From contig CM114271.1 in the NCBI GenBank assembly GCA_050084515.1, positions 20,584,001-20,648,000 on the forward strand: a stretch of DNA of 64,000 nucleotides. The letters run 5' to 3'. Within the stretch, counting starts at the first letter, position 1. Each line of letters opens with the position of its first letter. Positions 13,474 to 27,400 of the stretch are shown here, piece by piece. Position numbers and translations under genes: made by a program. The notes beneath the pieces are model-generated. The model saw only the letters and a program-made list of their open reading frames with translations. It searched no databases and was not told the DNA's origin. This stretch comes from Blasia pusilla. Lineage: Eukaryota.

Positions 13474-16400
13474 TAGTTCTGGTTATAAACGAAGTCCCTC
13501 TTGCTGGAGTTGAACCATAATTCCCCCTACCAGTTGGGGGAATTATGGTTCTTAGAACCATAATTAGAGGTGCTAAGAACCCTTCCTACAAGGAGTATTC
13601 ATAAAATGAACTTTCTTTGTAGGAGGGGTTTGATTGCATAAAATAAATAATTACTAAAAGCATTTGCAAAATGAAATGAAGTCGTAGAGAAACTAGGATG
13701 AAGGGTCAGGGTTAAGCTCACCTTCCTCAACAACTTCAAGTGCAACGGGAGGAACAATGTACAACTCTGGATTAGCATATACAAATCTATATTCCTTTGA
13801 GTGTTTCCATGTGTCCATAGCATAAATGATGACCTTATCTACATCAAAATTCTCATTTGGACCCTCCATATTAACCCTCAGCAAAGCTTCCAAGTGATAA
13901 GAGGTTAAGCTATTTCTTAACCTATTCTTAATGACATTTTGAATGCTAAAAACTCTCTCACATGATGCTGTTGATACACATTGGACTTTGGCTATATCAC
14001 CTAAAATAGAGATTAGCATACTTAGTCTTTGTGTTCGGACTACCACTTACCATACACCATAAGTCCTTGAAGGACTTCTCCTTCCTCTGTCATGGCCTGA
14101 TCTTGAAGGCCAAGAATTCATTCTTGGGGGCTGCACCATCTAGAAGAGGCTTTTTCACCTTGCCATGCAAGGTTTTTTCCTGTCCATAGAAAGAGCTCAA
14201 CATTTCCAAGTCTCTCACACCCCAATCTCTTAAACTAGATATGGTAGAAGGCATTTGGGATGGATTGAGGATCTTAAAACCTCCAATGATGTTATTTTCT
14301 TCAAACCTTTCTTGCAATGCTACACATATGGCCTCAGCAAAATTTCTTTGGAAAAAAATAGCTTCTTCGAAATCCTTTCCTGTCACATCCCTATCCATTT
14401 GGATTGAATGAAAGAAAGAACCCCTTATCTCTAATTGCAAGCACTGCAGATATCCATCACTAGGACCATAGTTCGGAAGGAGATGAAAACCGCTAGACTG
14501 AGAAATGAGATAGACATTCATATCTACATTTTCATGTACATAATTCATTCTAACATGTGCTATCTCAGTCTGAACAATAGAAGCAACGCTAGATATATCA
14601 ACAAACTTGATCTGGAATAACTTGCTCAACATTGCTATAGAATGAAGTATGTTAGCCAGAAAGTATAAAATATAAATCATTTTGAAGGACTTTAACCTCT
14701 TTAGAAGATGTGAAGCTACCCCATCATCTTCCCTGAGGTTCACAGTAGAGAAGTAGACCATGACCGATTCTAAACTATCACATAAAGAGGTAACCGCTTG
14801 CCACTTGCTAAGCCATCTGACCTTCTGATAACGTTTCATGACTTTCCTAGAATCATTTAGCTCTTCTTGTAGAGAAGAGAGACCAGACTTCCTCTTAGAA
14901 CTCTTCTTGAAATAAAACGCAACAGAATTCAAAATGTTATCCACCTCATCACTAAGTTCCTTGCACCCTGGACTCTTTGCTGCAGCAAGAGCAACTAAGT
15001 TTGTCTGGTGTGCCACACAATGGACGCTTGTCATGTAAGGGTTAACATTCCTCTTCAAAGGGGCACTTACCCCATTCCTAGTACCTACCATAGCGTTGGC
15101 CCCATCAGACCCAAAACCAACCATCTTCTCAAAATCCAATTCCCATTCCCTAAGTAAGGATACTAAACAATCTAAAATGGACTCGGCATCCTTGTTCTCA
15201 ACCTTGATCAATCCTAAGAAGGAGGTGCACACTTGACCTTCATCAAGGTAAGTGACAAAGGCAACGAGGTGTCCTGTTATTGATATGTCAGTGGATTCAT
15301 CTACCATTATTCCGTAAAAGGGACTAAGTCTAACCCTAGCTAGAAGCAATCTTTGAATTTACCAAACTAATACATGTTATCATATGTGCACCTGTCTTGT
15401 CATCCTGATACATCGATTTTGTGAGCATCATAGATCCAGATTTAGAGTAATGCACAGAGACCACGGAATGAGGAAAATGCAACATTATACTTAGCCATGA
15501 AGTATGCTCCTCGAAATAGATTAAGCACCGCTAAATTGCATTTTCTATTGGTGCTTGCAATAGCTTTCTGAAGAGTTTTTCTACCACTATACTGAGCCCC
15601 CAAGCCAAATTTTTATGTTCCTTGGATTTACCATGGTCTATGAAGGCAGAAATCTTCACATTGATGGCTCCAGATGTGGCAAATACAGATTTCCCTCTTG
15701 AGTCCTTGCACACTTTACAAAATACCCTCCCCGGGTGAGGCTCAAATTCAATCCATTCAAAAGCTTGATATCAAGAGTCTCTCCAAAGCCTCTTGTTCTC
15801 TTCAATCTTTGAAGTGGTCAGATGTGAAGGAGAATCTATCTCCTCACATGAGTTGGTTTCTACTGCTGGTTCACTGACACTCTTCTTCATAAACCCCAAA
15901 TCAGTAAGGGATTTTTGTCTCTTACCCCTAGATGCATTGTTGGCTGAAATATCCTCCATAAGGGACTCTGAGAGTTCAGGTTTGTAGTCTTTAATATACA
16001 CGCTACTGTGAAACCCTTTGTAGAGGGTTTAGGCTCGGATGGTTTCAAGGGTTTACAGTCTAATTGGCCGAGTGTGCTAAAGAACACCCAAGCATTCAAG
16101 GAAAGGCCTTGTGAGGTAGAGGGAAAAACTGCTCACAATACAAAAGGAAAAACCAGATTGCAATGCTGCCAACAAACTAGTAAAGCCCACTTCAAGGAAT
16201 CCAAGCTACCAATGAAAGGCTCAAAAAACTTCGAACAAAGAGCAATGAGCACTGAGAGCAGTGAGGATTAAACAGTAAACACAATGACGAGCCTGGAATG
16301 AGGCGCCGAGAACGAGCGAGCAACGAGGCGCCGAGGACGGCACACGAGCAGCGAGGATGGTGAGGAGCAACAGTGCACCACGGTGAACATGAGCAGCACG

Positions 16401-16772
16401 GTAAGCACGGTGAGCAAACGAGCAAGCCTCTGCAAGGAGCAACGAGGATGGTGAGGAGCAGCACGATGAGCAGCAAGGAGGCTCAGGAGTCTCCGAGAGT
16501 CCGACGAGCATTCAGGAAGGACTCGAAGGAGAGAGGAGCAAATGGGAGTCGAGTTGCAAATGCCTCGACCCCTACTCCCCGGGGCCCTCGGCTCTTGACT
16601 CCCTCTCTCCCGAAGTATGAACTGCCGTGAGTGCCGTTAGATCATCCGCACCCTAGAAGGGATGGCTGGATGAACGCTGCCCCCTTATCCACTACCCTCT
16701 TGACACCTGTCGGGGCCGACACCTCCTTTCCCCTATCGGAAAATGCCTGCACCCTTCAACTAGTCCTGGTTA
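13474..16772 (-). mobile_element. hAT-superfamily DNA transposon with a disrupted ZNF862/KIAA1586-like transposase
   Basis: ORF fragments: 15531-15713 (N-terminal zinc finger, FCKVCKDSRGKSVF...H..SKEH); 14090-15349 (DESTD, GSDGAN, HCVAH, VRWLS); 13693-14046 (hAT dimerisation domain STASCERVFS..KNRLRNSL). Frameshifts and stops separate the fragments. The outer limits are taken from a 12-bp near-direct repeat and are tentative. Confidence 0.85.
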
Positions 16773-19700
16773 CGCTGCCGGGAAATTCCAACCGGTTTCC
16801 TCAAAACGGCCGGCGCCGGAAGCAGCTCACTTCCGGAGATTCCTCATTCCTGTTCAGTTTTGTCCCCGGCCCAAAATCGCGTCCATCGGAAAATCTCGAA
16901 TTTTGCAAAGGATGCCGGTACTGTCCGAGCCTTGGTCCGATCACAACCTCTATGTGGGCCCCACATATCTGAGGTGATGACAGACGGAGCAGGAAGGACG
17001 GACAGAGCGTGGACGTCGGTCAATGAGGAAAAAAAAAACCACAGACGGTCAGTTTTCAGAGTTCTGTTGCTGCAAATACGAAGACAGACAAATACAAAAT
17101 TACAAATATGGGTGCAACGTGGGCCAACTAATCCTTTCCGTCACCTCTGGTCGGAATGCTTCTCCCACACCTCCTTTGACACGTTTTCTTTGGTCATCAG
17201 GTCCACCGTCCAGGAAGACGTTAATCGCACTTTTCCTGCGTGCGTGGGCGTAAAGTAGCTGCTTCTATCTGCATGCGTGCTGATTCCTTCCTGTCTTCTG
17301 GGAACGCTCACGCGGTCAAAGTAACCAAACGGAATGAGAAAAGGATAAAAGACGGATAAATTACTACGTCTAAAAAACCCCGTTTGAGAATTTCGAGCCA
17401 GATCCAAGTGGCGTGGGTCCTCGAAAGGGCGAGGCTGGAAGCGGGTGCATCTCGAAATCCCTCCGAGGTGTGGAGATAAGATTGGACCTCGAAGTCACGA
17501 CGACTTCCACATTTACTCGCTTACACCTTTTGAGGTGAAGTGGGGCCGCGTCCTTTTCCAGTAGCATCACGCGATCCGTTGTTGTTTTGCTGAAAAGCTT
17601 GAGGAAACGCTTTTCCACTAAACCCCGGCAATTGCATAACGCACTGAACGCTCACACAACTACGGCCAACTGCAAAAGAAGATCGTGCCCTGGCGTGAGC
17701 GGGTGGTCACGGAAGCACGGACCGAGTGGCACTCGGTTGCAGATCGGCAGAGCTCACCACCGACAAATGGTCGCTTGGCCTCAAGCGTGTGTATGGCACG
17801 TTTTTTCAGTGAGCGGTCGACCGGGAGTAAACGACGAAGCTAGGGAGGGAAACCTGAGCGCCTGTTCAAAGCGAAGACCAGAGCGAATGAAGACTGCTGT
17901 AGAACTGACCAGAGACATTGCGTAAAGATGTGTCTTGTCTACTGTTGAACTCTCGGCAACTCTCTGCGCGGGATGATTCTAGTTTGTTTGATGCTGGTTG
18001 AGCGGAATCCAGCGAACACCTAGCAAACCAAAGCTCTGGCAGACAGCGCAATCATGTAGAAGAAATCCCAGCGATGGTGGAGTGTAACGCCGGTCCTTCA
18101 CAAACTGCCGAGATCGAATTGCTGTCACTAGTTCCATCTGCCTCTTGTTCCGTCTAGAAAGCCCTCCTCGTAGAAGTGGCGTAGGGTGGGGAACATGCGA
18201 ACTTTCCTCATATGGACGACTGCTCATCCTCATTCGTCACTGCTCTACGGCGATCGTGGAAGTGCATCGTTTACCAGAGCTAAAATTGGATCCTTACGGT
18301 TCTCCAATGACGATAATTCTCGCTTTCCTCCCGGGTCACAGTCTTGGACCAATGTCACAGAGCGAATCCTAGGCTGCAGAACCTTCTTGGTAATTTCCCA
18401 GAGTAGTGCCTCAGCCAGGTATCGACCAGAAGCATTGACGAGCCGGTGTTGCTCCCGGGCCGTTGCAGATATTCGTCGCCGAATTCTCTGATGCACTGGC
18501 AAGTCCAAAGCAAGTGGAATGCACGATCAGATGTACATGTAGTCTATCTAATTCAACCACATTTCTTCGGTGGGCGAGATGCTATGGGAAGTTGGCATTC
18601 GCGCGTGGCAATAACTCTGAGCGTTAACCTGCCAATGGACAACAGGTTCTTTCCTCTAGCACTGACAGTCCCAGAGTTACAGAGTTCTGCATCGCGACTT
18701 CTTATTGGGATTGGACGAAAAGATACTATGCCCTCCACGAATTTGTTCCGTAACTGGTCTATGCTTCCGGCGCATCAGGACACAGTGTAATCCAGACGAT
18801 CGATCGGATAGACAGCAAGACTCAATCTCTAGGCCTCGATGTAGTTCACATAGTCATTAGATGTGAAGTCTGAAGTCCTCCGAAGAGGATTTCCAACTTC
18901 TCGGACGCCGTACGCCGTTACTTCAGTAGTTTCAAAGGCATGTCTTCAAGGCTCTATAGCGGAAATTGATTCCACAGCTCCTAATACTCGGTATTATTAA
19001 CCAGTTGGATCGACTAGTTCCAATAGTTGGTGCGTTCTTGAATGGATGAAGAAGATGGTTGTTTCCCATACTGGCCGGGGATCTTGAGCGAAGAGTGCAG
19101 AGTTCTTGGTCCCCCCGATGTAAGGTGAAGGCGCACGTTGGTGGCGAGAGAGCAGAAGTTCGGCCGCGTAGTTGGCGGAACACAACTCCAATATATCTGC
19201 TAGGTTTGTGTGCATCTAATATTGTATGTAAGCTGACAGATTGGGCTTTACCTGTGTGTCGCGGCTTATGGTCCGGGGAAATCTACAATGAAACCGCGGT
19301 CTCTTCACTGGTCGGAGACAGAGGCATCTGGGGACGTGAGTCCGAAGACAGCGTTCCTGGATTCCGTAATTGGCTTTCAGATGCGATCCATGTCAGCGTA
19401 AGCGCATGCCACCTACGGAGAGTCCTTCGGTGGAGTGCTCCTGCAATTATTCACCGTCCGTCAGTAGCCAGAGATTCCGCACCTGGTTTGCTACAATTCG
19501 TAGAGATGGATATGTACGATTGCACTAATAGTTGCAAAAGAGCATCGCCTGCTTTGCATTCGCTTTGGCAGCCTCCTGCCAGGCTCGAGAAAGCGCCGGA
19601 GATTCATCAAGAGGTACGATATTCATAGCAACTTGATTCCTGAACGCGTTCAGGGAGCCCTGCCCTTACGAACTCGAGTACTGTCTGCACCATAAGCGTC

Positions 19701-20199
19701 AGATCCTCTTGCAAGCCTGCCCTGAAGCTGTGTGTATACCTCGATCGTCCTCCGAGCATTTGGTTTACCGAGAAAACCTAGACAGATTTTCTCATCGTCC
19801 CGCACTCCGATGGCTGGCGTAATGATTCTGCCGCAGTCAGTAGTAACCTGGAAACCGACCGCGATATTGGAATTGGAGGAGTCCAATCGTTCCCTTTTCA
19901 TGCAAAGGAATTCCAGATTCCGCCGACGCTCAGAGAGCGATTCCGAAGCAGATTTGTACCAGTTCGGACAATGAGACCGGACGAGAAAAGTGATAAGCCT
20001 CGGCAAAGCGGCATGAAAACCGGGGCTGAGATAATCGTCAGCGAAGGAAGGAATCATGCGGGGCAACAAGTTGTGCTGAAGGGATTTACAAGCCTTCAAC
20101 TTAGCCGTCTTCACCGCTTTATTCTGAGATGCAGAAATAAATTATTTTTTTCCATCCTATTTTAACCCACGTTCCTTTCTTATAAACTTTTGTGAGTCA

Positions 20200-23100
20200 T
20201 TTTATATCACCATTGCTACGGTGCCCATAAGTTCAAACGGTTTCTATATCCAAATTTCTTTATAAACATAGTGTCTTAATAAATTTTAATTGTGAAGAGA
20301 AGTATCACTTGGATTTCTTACTATCCATTCTTACAACCTATAATTGTCCACGTGGAAAAACACTAGTCCGGAGATTATTGCTTAGAACAAAAGTTGGTTC
20401 ATAAATCATAATCATACGCAATCGAAGGGGATGGAGTAAAAATCTGATGTTTGATGTTCTTTCCAGTTATGATCTCTGCATGAATAATTGTTCGTGAGAG
20501 TCCATGAAGAATGAATCGAGTTCCATTTGCATGACCCTTTCAACCATTTAACAAGAGCATGATTGGAGCACCAATTTTCAAATAAAATGATATGGAGGCA
20601 AACCATAAGCGGGGCATATATTCACAAACTCAATAGGAAAGATAGGACTCATATCTTTATCAAGGGCATAGTCATTATTGAGAAATATGTGGTCCTAGCC
20701 AAATATGATAGAGTTATAGAAACATTAGTAAGAAAAGAAATAAAAATGAAGCACTATGAATGGAAAAGAAGAAATATATACACATTGTACCTCCTCATTG
20801 TATCTAGATATGACTTCACCATTAATGTCATGGATATCCATGTTTTGTAGAGTCAAAATAGTAGCATCCCTTAAGAAATCAATATCATGAAAAAACATAA
20901 TAATTGGAAATTGGAAGATATCATAATTGAAAACATCATAGAGAAGATATTCCATAGAAGAGAAGAGATCTTTCCATATGGTTCAAACAAAATCCAATCT
21001 CTGATGTTCTTTCCAGTCTTGAAATTTATAGTTTAAGATCATTTAGGAGAAGATATGATTCAATTATCACGTGATATGGTATGTGATTCAAACAAAATAA
21101 CCGATTTGATTAATATAATCTGTGGGAACCATATGGAAAGAACATCAGAGATTGGATACCTCCCTTAGAATGATTACTAGCAAGAAGCAAATTGTATAGG
21201 GAGGTCTTCCTAGTTCCACGAGGGCCATCGGCGAAGAATATTTTAGGTGTAGGTAGAGCACAATCTTCAATATTTTGGATCTCATCATGAACAATATCCC
21301 AAAAAATTTGCTGGCCATGATTCAATCTTTCCTCTACAAGAATGAATTCTTCATAAAATTCATGTTGATCATACATGCGCTCCTTCTCTTCAAAATGCAA
21401 TATCACAGAAGTACTTGAATGGAATTGGTTGCGGCATATCGGGAAAGGTAGAAATTTTCTTTCCTTGATCTTGCAAGTGATAATGCATTTCTAATGAGGC
21501 AAAATTTGTGATAGTGCAATTTAATGGGAGATTAAGAAGTCCTATTTTTTGCAAAAAAAATGGAAGGAGATGAGTAGAAGAACAACGTAGAAAAGATAAT
21601 ATATATAATGAAAGAAATGGGGAATGAAGTAGTAACATTATATGACTAACCTCACATTGTCTCCATAAGATATCCTTAATTAATGGGACTAAAAATTGGT
21701 TCCATAATGTTGTTGGTCAAGCAAGAGTATTGTAGGCTAAAATGATAGTGAAAAGTTGTCGAAGTGAGGAGCCAATACTAATTGCAAAAGCCTATTCCAA
21801 GCAAGAAAATTCTTCCTATCATCCGCTAGAAGCCCTAATTGAATATTAGCTTCCTTAAGTTTGGATACAATACTCTATCATTACTTTTAACATCTTTATA
21901 AGAAGTTTTGCCTAAAATATGATGGAGGAGCAATCTTAGCCAATGACGTTCTCCTTATCCTAAAAAAACATAACACTCAAAGCATGAAGTTGAATAGGAA
22001 AACTTGCATAGATAGGTTGCAAGAGGAGAATAAGCCATTACGATGTAAGTTTCTCAGTTGGGTAAGATACAATAGCCCAATTGGTTGGTGGAAACCATTA
22101 TGCCCAAGAACTCAACAATGCCGTTTTTTTCTCTCCTAGAATAGAGGGAAGAAATTCAAGATATAAGTCAGTTTGATCTAGATGATCAATATGATTTTTT
22201 GCAAACCATTATATAAGGATGATTTGAGTATTCCTTGCAAAACCTTTGCAAGAGATTTGTAATCATGATAGTACAACATTTATGCGTTAGGAAGGTGCGT
22301 AACCAACCCGAAAATACTTTGCATCTCCTTGTGCGAACTAAACTTGAATAGTCTCCAACCTGCTTAAGAATAATAATAAGAAGAGATCTATCTAAAACAA
22401 AGTGGAAGAAATGAATTTGATTATGAAAATAATAAAATTGGATTACCCAATTCTTGAAAATTTATGAAGAAAAAAAAGCATGCATTATCTTGCATCCAAG
22501 TATTATATGGTCTCATCAACAATCAATGCAATTATTCTTGTACTTGAATCATAAGAAACCCCAAAGGAAATAACATGCAAGCCTTTTTATTAATTTTTGT
22601 AAAAGAATTTGACATAGGACATCCTATTGGTGATCTCCAAATTATTGTGGCAATCAAAGAGCGTATGGAGGAGAGGATTGTATGGTATAACCCATTTATT
22701 ATCCAAAGGTTCATTATGTTTCATTATAGAAGAATATAGACTTCACATGCCTTTGATAGATCAAATATCCATCTTTGCTGTCCATATATACTCATGGTGG
22801 CAAAAGGCTTTAGAAATCCTTAAGTTCATTTCTTTGTCAAATTATACATACATGGTGCATTAGGATTTATACGTGCACATGGCCCAAGCATCATAAAATT
22901 AGCCATAGTAGAATAGAGCCTTGGATGAGTATTCTGATCCAGAATTTCACCTCATATGATTGCATCAAAATCTGCACTTAAATGGGAATTGTCTATAGCA
23001 ACCACAATGATGAAAATAATGAATATGTGGCAATGCCCTCTTTTGAAACACAACCACATGGATACATCCCAAGACTTTGTCCAATAAATGCTTGTTCAAG

Positions 23101-24430
23101 AGAAGATGCAATAAAATTTTTTTCCTCAAATATTGGTACAACTAAATATTGTCTATCTACAACACCTTGACCATGCAACAAAGCTAACGTGATGTCCTTT
23201 TGTTTCACATTGTAGGTCATGGTCAAGAAATAGTCAAGCTTTCCAAAGTGTCTAACAAGCGTCATTGCATCTTAACACAATTGTTGCATATGATGTGGAC
23301 CTCTGTTGAAGGAAGATGGCAATATAATATGTTGACCAAATGTCCTTCCATCCCCAATGCCCCATCATTCTAGAACATATCATCCTTTATGCCTTGATAT
23401 AATTAAACACGCTTCTCCGTTTGATTTAAACGGATCCACAACAATTGCTCCATAAATATCCATCATATACTCTTGAGTCTATCGACCAAAGCGGATTAAG
23501 CAATTATTATCTATTGATGGACATCTTGTTTGAAGGTGAAAGGATGCAAATTGCAATACAACGATAATCTTTCCAATGCGTCCTCGATCCAACCTCCTCA
23601 TTGCAATGCGTAGACATATAGTCTTCTTGCATTACTTCATTATTGATGTGGGTATGAATAGTGATAGAATTCTTTGTAGAGTTGGATGTAATTATGCAAG
23701 GAATCCCTTAATGCCAGCTAGCCTTCCTAAAAGGGAATAAGAGGATAAAATAAAGCGGAATATAAGACTCATTTAAATCTTAGATACGGTGTACTTATCC
23801 TCCATGCAAGAGTATGAGAATATCACATTTATCTATTGTTTGGGTCCCATCACTAGGAAGCAACTTCACAGGCAAGAGACAGAGAATATCTTTTTTCTTG
23901 AAGTCCTCGGTTGTTCTCCTCAAATTTGGACATATTGCATAAAGTGAGATTTGAATTATAGGCATAGTCATTTGTTGTAGACCAGAATGGATCTAAGGAC
24001 TTAAATCATGAGCTAATAAATATCCTACTCTAATGTTGGAGTTTGTGCTTGGTGTCGTAAATGTACATTTGCGTAAATTGAAGGCACTCCCCATTCTTAG
24101 GATGAAGAGAGCCAATGGAGTGGTAAATCCCATCTTAAATTCTGAAATTCCCTATGCTACCAAATTATTAGGCAACATGCACTCCAATAGATGCCAATTT
24201 AAATGCTGAATTATAAGCTCCAAAATGACTAACATAGTGCATACTTTCAACCCCAACATCAAAGATCCCATCCATAAGAAATGAGGACATGCATTTGGAA
24301 AGGGTAGTTGAATTTTTCCATGCTCACAACATGTTCGAAAAGGAAATCATGTATTCTTCACCCTTTCACATCTCCAATGTTTACCAAAGTAAGAAGGACA
24401 CACATCTCCCATTACACCAATACTCTGACG
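20200..24430 (-). mobile_element. Helitron, decayed full-length Rep/Helicase (RepHel) coding region
   Basis: Motifs occur in order on the minus strand. VCPSYFGKHWRCE...FRTCCEHGKIQLP at ~24300-24410 is the N-terminal Zn motif. Next come YNSAFKLASIG, ILPSSFNRGPHHMQQ and MTLVRHFGKLDYFLTMT (Rep motif 1, ~23265). The helicase follows: FFADGPRGTRKTSLYNLLL (Pif1 Walker A, ~21240), ANGTRFILHGLSRTIIHAEIITG (~20530), VFS(H)GQL*V (~20350) and VYKEI* (~20250). A small hairpin CACCGT-AGCA-ATGGTG lies at ~20210-20225. Many stops. Confidence 0.9.
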
Positions 24431-27400
24431 ACCGATGATGGAATGCATATTATCTCTAACAACTAGTTTGAGAACATCACCTTCTTAGAAATGTTGATTG
24501 GGTGCAATGTTCCAATATTTATTCTACTTACAGACCCTTGTGGCATTCATGATATTTGTATGCAAATCAACCTTATCCACCATAGTGGGAATATATGGCA
24601 TAACTCATATATAAGGCAAAGAAGTTGTTGCCATTGTAGTGTAAGAACACACCTTGACACGCATTGAAATCGTCAAAGGAGATCCAATTGGAAGCTAGAC
24701 TATTAATGGGAAATGCTATAGAAAGGGGTATGGCATGTGCAATTTCAACCTTAAAGAAGGAGTGATAAATTTGTAGGGGAATAATAAAATGGATATCATA
24801 TAATATAAAATAGGACATCATGATTGAATGGTAGCAAAAAGAAAATACCTGAGATCTTGTGGATTTGGATTAGAAGTGGTGGAATATTCGATGTCGGGAG
24901 CATAGGAAGAATGTGAAAATGAGAATGCATTTTGTTTTCTTTTATACTCTTGTTAGTAGTCTCTTTATTTTTTTCTTTCCAAGGTTAAACTTTCAACATG
25001 AAGTTTACATTGTTGTTGTTGTGCGACACCACAAAGAGCCTTGCAAAAATCACGTATGTCCAAAAAATTAGAATGAATGGGAAGTTTGCATCCAAAAAAG
25101 AATGGCATATGATAGGAAATAATCAGGTAAATATAAATGAAGAAATGAAGTTGTGAAAAAAAGAGAGAAGCGCAACAAGATAAGGGAAAAAATGAAGGTA
25201 GGAGGAAGCAAAAATGAGAGATGGAATCTCGTTCGGAATATCTTGTAATCTAAGTGCATGTTTTGACCTTTGTGCCTCACCTCTTAAAACCTTTTGAGCG
25301 TGTTGTATATCTTAAGGATGGGAAATCATTGGCAATCTGAGAAGGAAACACATGCAGTGATACATAAGAGAGAGAAGTTCTACACATGGTTGTAATTCAA
25401 GTGCATGATGTCTTCTTTGAGCTGCAACTCATTTCTTGTTTCTAGAAAGATTTGCATCTGTTGCATGAGATTGAGTTGAAAAGATTGAAGTAAAAAAGAG
25501 AGAGAATATGAATGTGAACAATATGGTCAAGTAAAGAAGTAAATCTAACAATGGAAAGGGGAAACAATTCTTTTTCTTTTTTGAATAAGAACGTAGTAGT
25601 AAAACTTTTTGGAAGGCATGATAGAAAAAGAAAAAGGGAGGGAATAGAAAGGCGATAAGGGAGGTGGCTATGAAATTTAAACTTTTGATGGAATATGAGC
25701 TTAATCAAACCTTAGCCAAACCGAACGTAGGTATGTTTGCAAGAAATAGTTAGACTTAAGACTAAACCCTGAGAGAGTTCAAGAGGAGCTAGTGATTGTA
25801 TTTGAAGTGAACTGAACCCTAATATGGCTCGACATGAAGCCGACAATATGACTTTGAATGGTTGGGTTGGGAGGGAACTCACCTTGTCGGCTTGATGCTT
25901 ATGGAGATGAGTTTATGTAAACAAGGTTGGGGGCAACTGTACTACTTATAGTTATAAAGTAGTCCCACCAAAAAAAAGTGACTCTCTGTAGTTGAGTCGG
26001 GGGGAGGGAGAGTGGGAGTGCATTCAAGCAAGTCACAAACTGACTAGATCATTCGCTTATGAGTGTTTATGCACACATTGCCATCCTCTAGTAGAATTTG
26101 TCATGCATTGGGATACAACTGTCCAATGATACAAAAATACAATATAGAGAGTAAAGAAATGATAGTTCATTTCAATGCAAAAAAAATTACATTCCAATCT
26201 CCATATGTAGTTGGAACTTGAACAAATTTTAATGTCTAGGCCAATACACAATTCAGAGGATTGGATATCTTTGCTTTCGACACAAGTACTTTAGCCAATA
26301 GTACAGGCAGATGAACAATCATCTAGCACGTAGTTTGCTTTTTTTTTGGGTCCACCAAGTACTTGTGTAAACTTGAAGCATTGAAACTTGCAAAATAGCT
26401 TATGAGGAAGGGATGAGCCTTACAAATCTTGTGTCTAAAGCTATCAAAAAAAGGATTTGGAGAAGGGTGAGTGAATCCAATTTGTAAACAAGTATGAGAG
26501 ACCTCCTTCTTGATTGAGATTGATTTATTTCCTTTGGTGAAGTGTGAATACCCAAAGGCACGAACGTGCAACACTTCTATATCTTCTACATCAAGAAGAA
26601 CATGCATAGGATAGTATTCATCTTCCTCTTTAAAGGATATTTCTTCCTTGGCTAGAGTCGAGCTGAAGTTGGTGAAAATTCCAATCCTTACCATCAACTA
26701 GAGTCAAGCTAAATAATGGCAAAAAATTCCCATCCAAACTAGTAACATAATGTATCTTCTTTATTGGAGAATTTTAAAGAATTGGAGGAATTGATGTTGT
26801 TGGATAGTGATGTGTTTCGTATGGAGATTCTTCCCGCAAGTCAAAAAATCTGTCTCATGGAAGCCTTAAAGATGGTGATTCCATGTCATTTTCATGGGTG
26901 TGTTTGAATTATGGTGAAGCTCACATCCTGGAAATGCTCTTCCCCTTGCTTATGGTAGATTTTCAAGGAGTAATGTTGGTAGTCATAATTAGTAGCACTT
27001 ATAGGATGTGAGCGGAAAATTTTTATATTCTTCTATAGTAGATGGAAGGTCTATAGTCATAAGAAATATTTTTAACTTCAAGTTGTAATATTCCAAACTT
27101 CAATGAAATGAAAAGTATGTTGAATGCGCTTGGAATGGATACCCACTTCTTTTCTTGATGCTTGATGTTTTGAGTTTTATTGATGGACCGTTAAGGACAA
27201 GGTTGTCCTCATAAAAATAGGGAAAATAAGCTAAGATTGGTGGATGGGCCCACCAACTTCTTTCTTGCTATTGTATCCCGTGTACTCAATCTAGGAAACT
27301 TCAAAGAATCAAAAGTAACCAAAATTGAAAAAATTAATTTCGAAAAAAAGCAAGCTTAAAAAATCTCCAAGAGGGGGTTGAATGGACATAGAGGTATTTA

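Noticed and set aside
20346..20367. TCCACGTGGA palindrome plus ACTAGT as a Helitron 3' terminus
   Set aside because: On the minus strand this is the eroded helicase motif VFSHGQLYV, so it is internal coding sequence.
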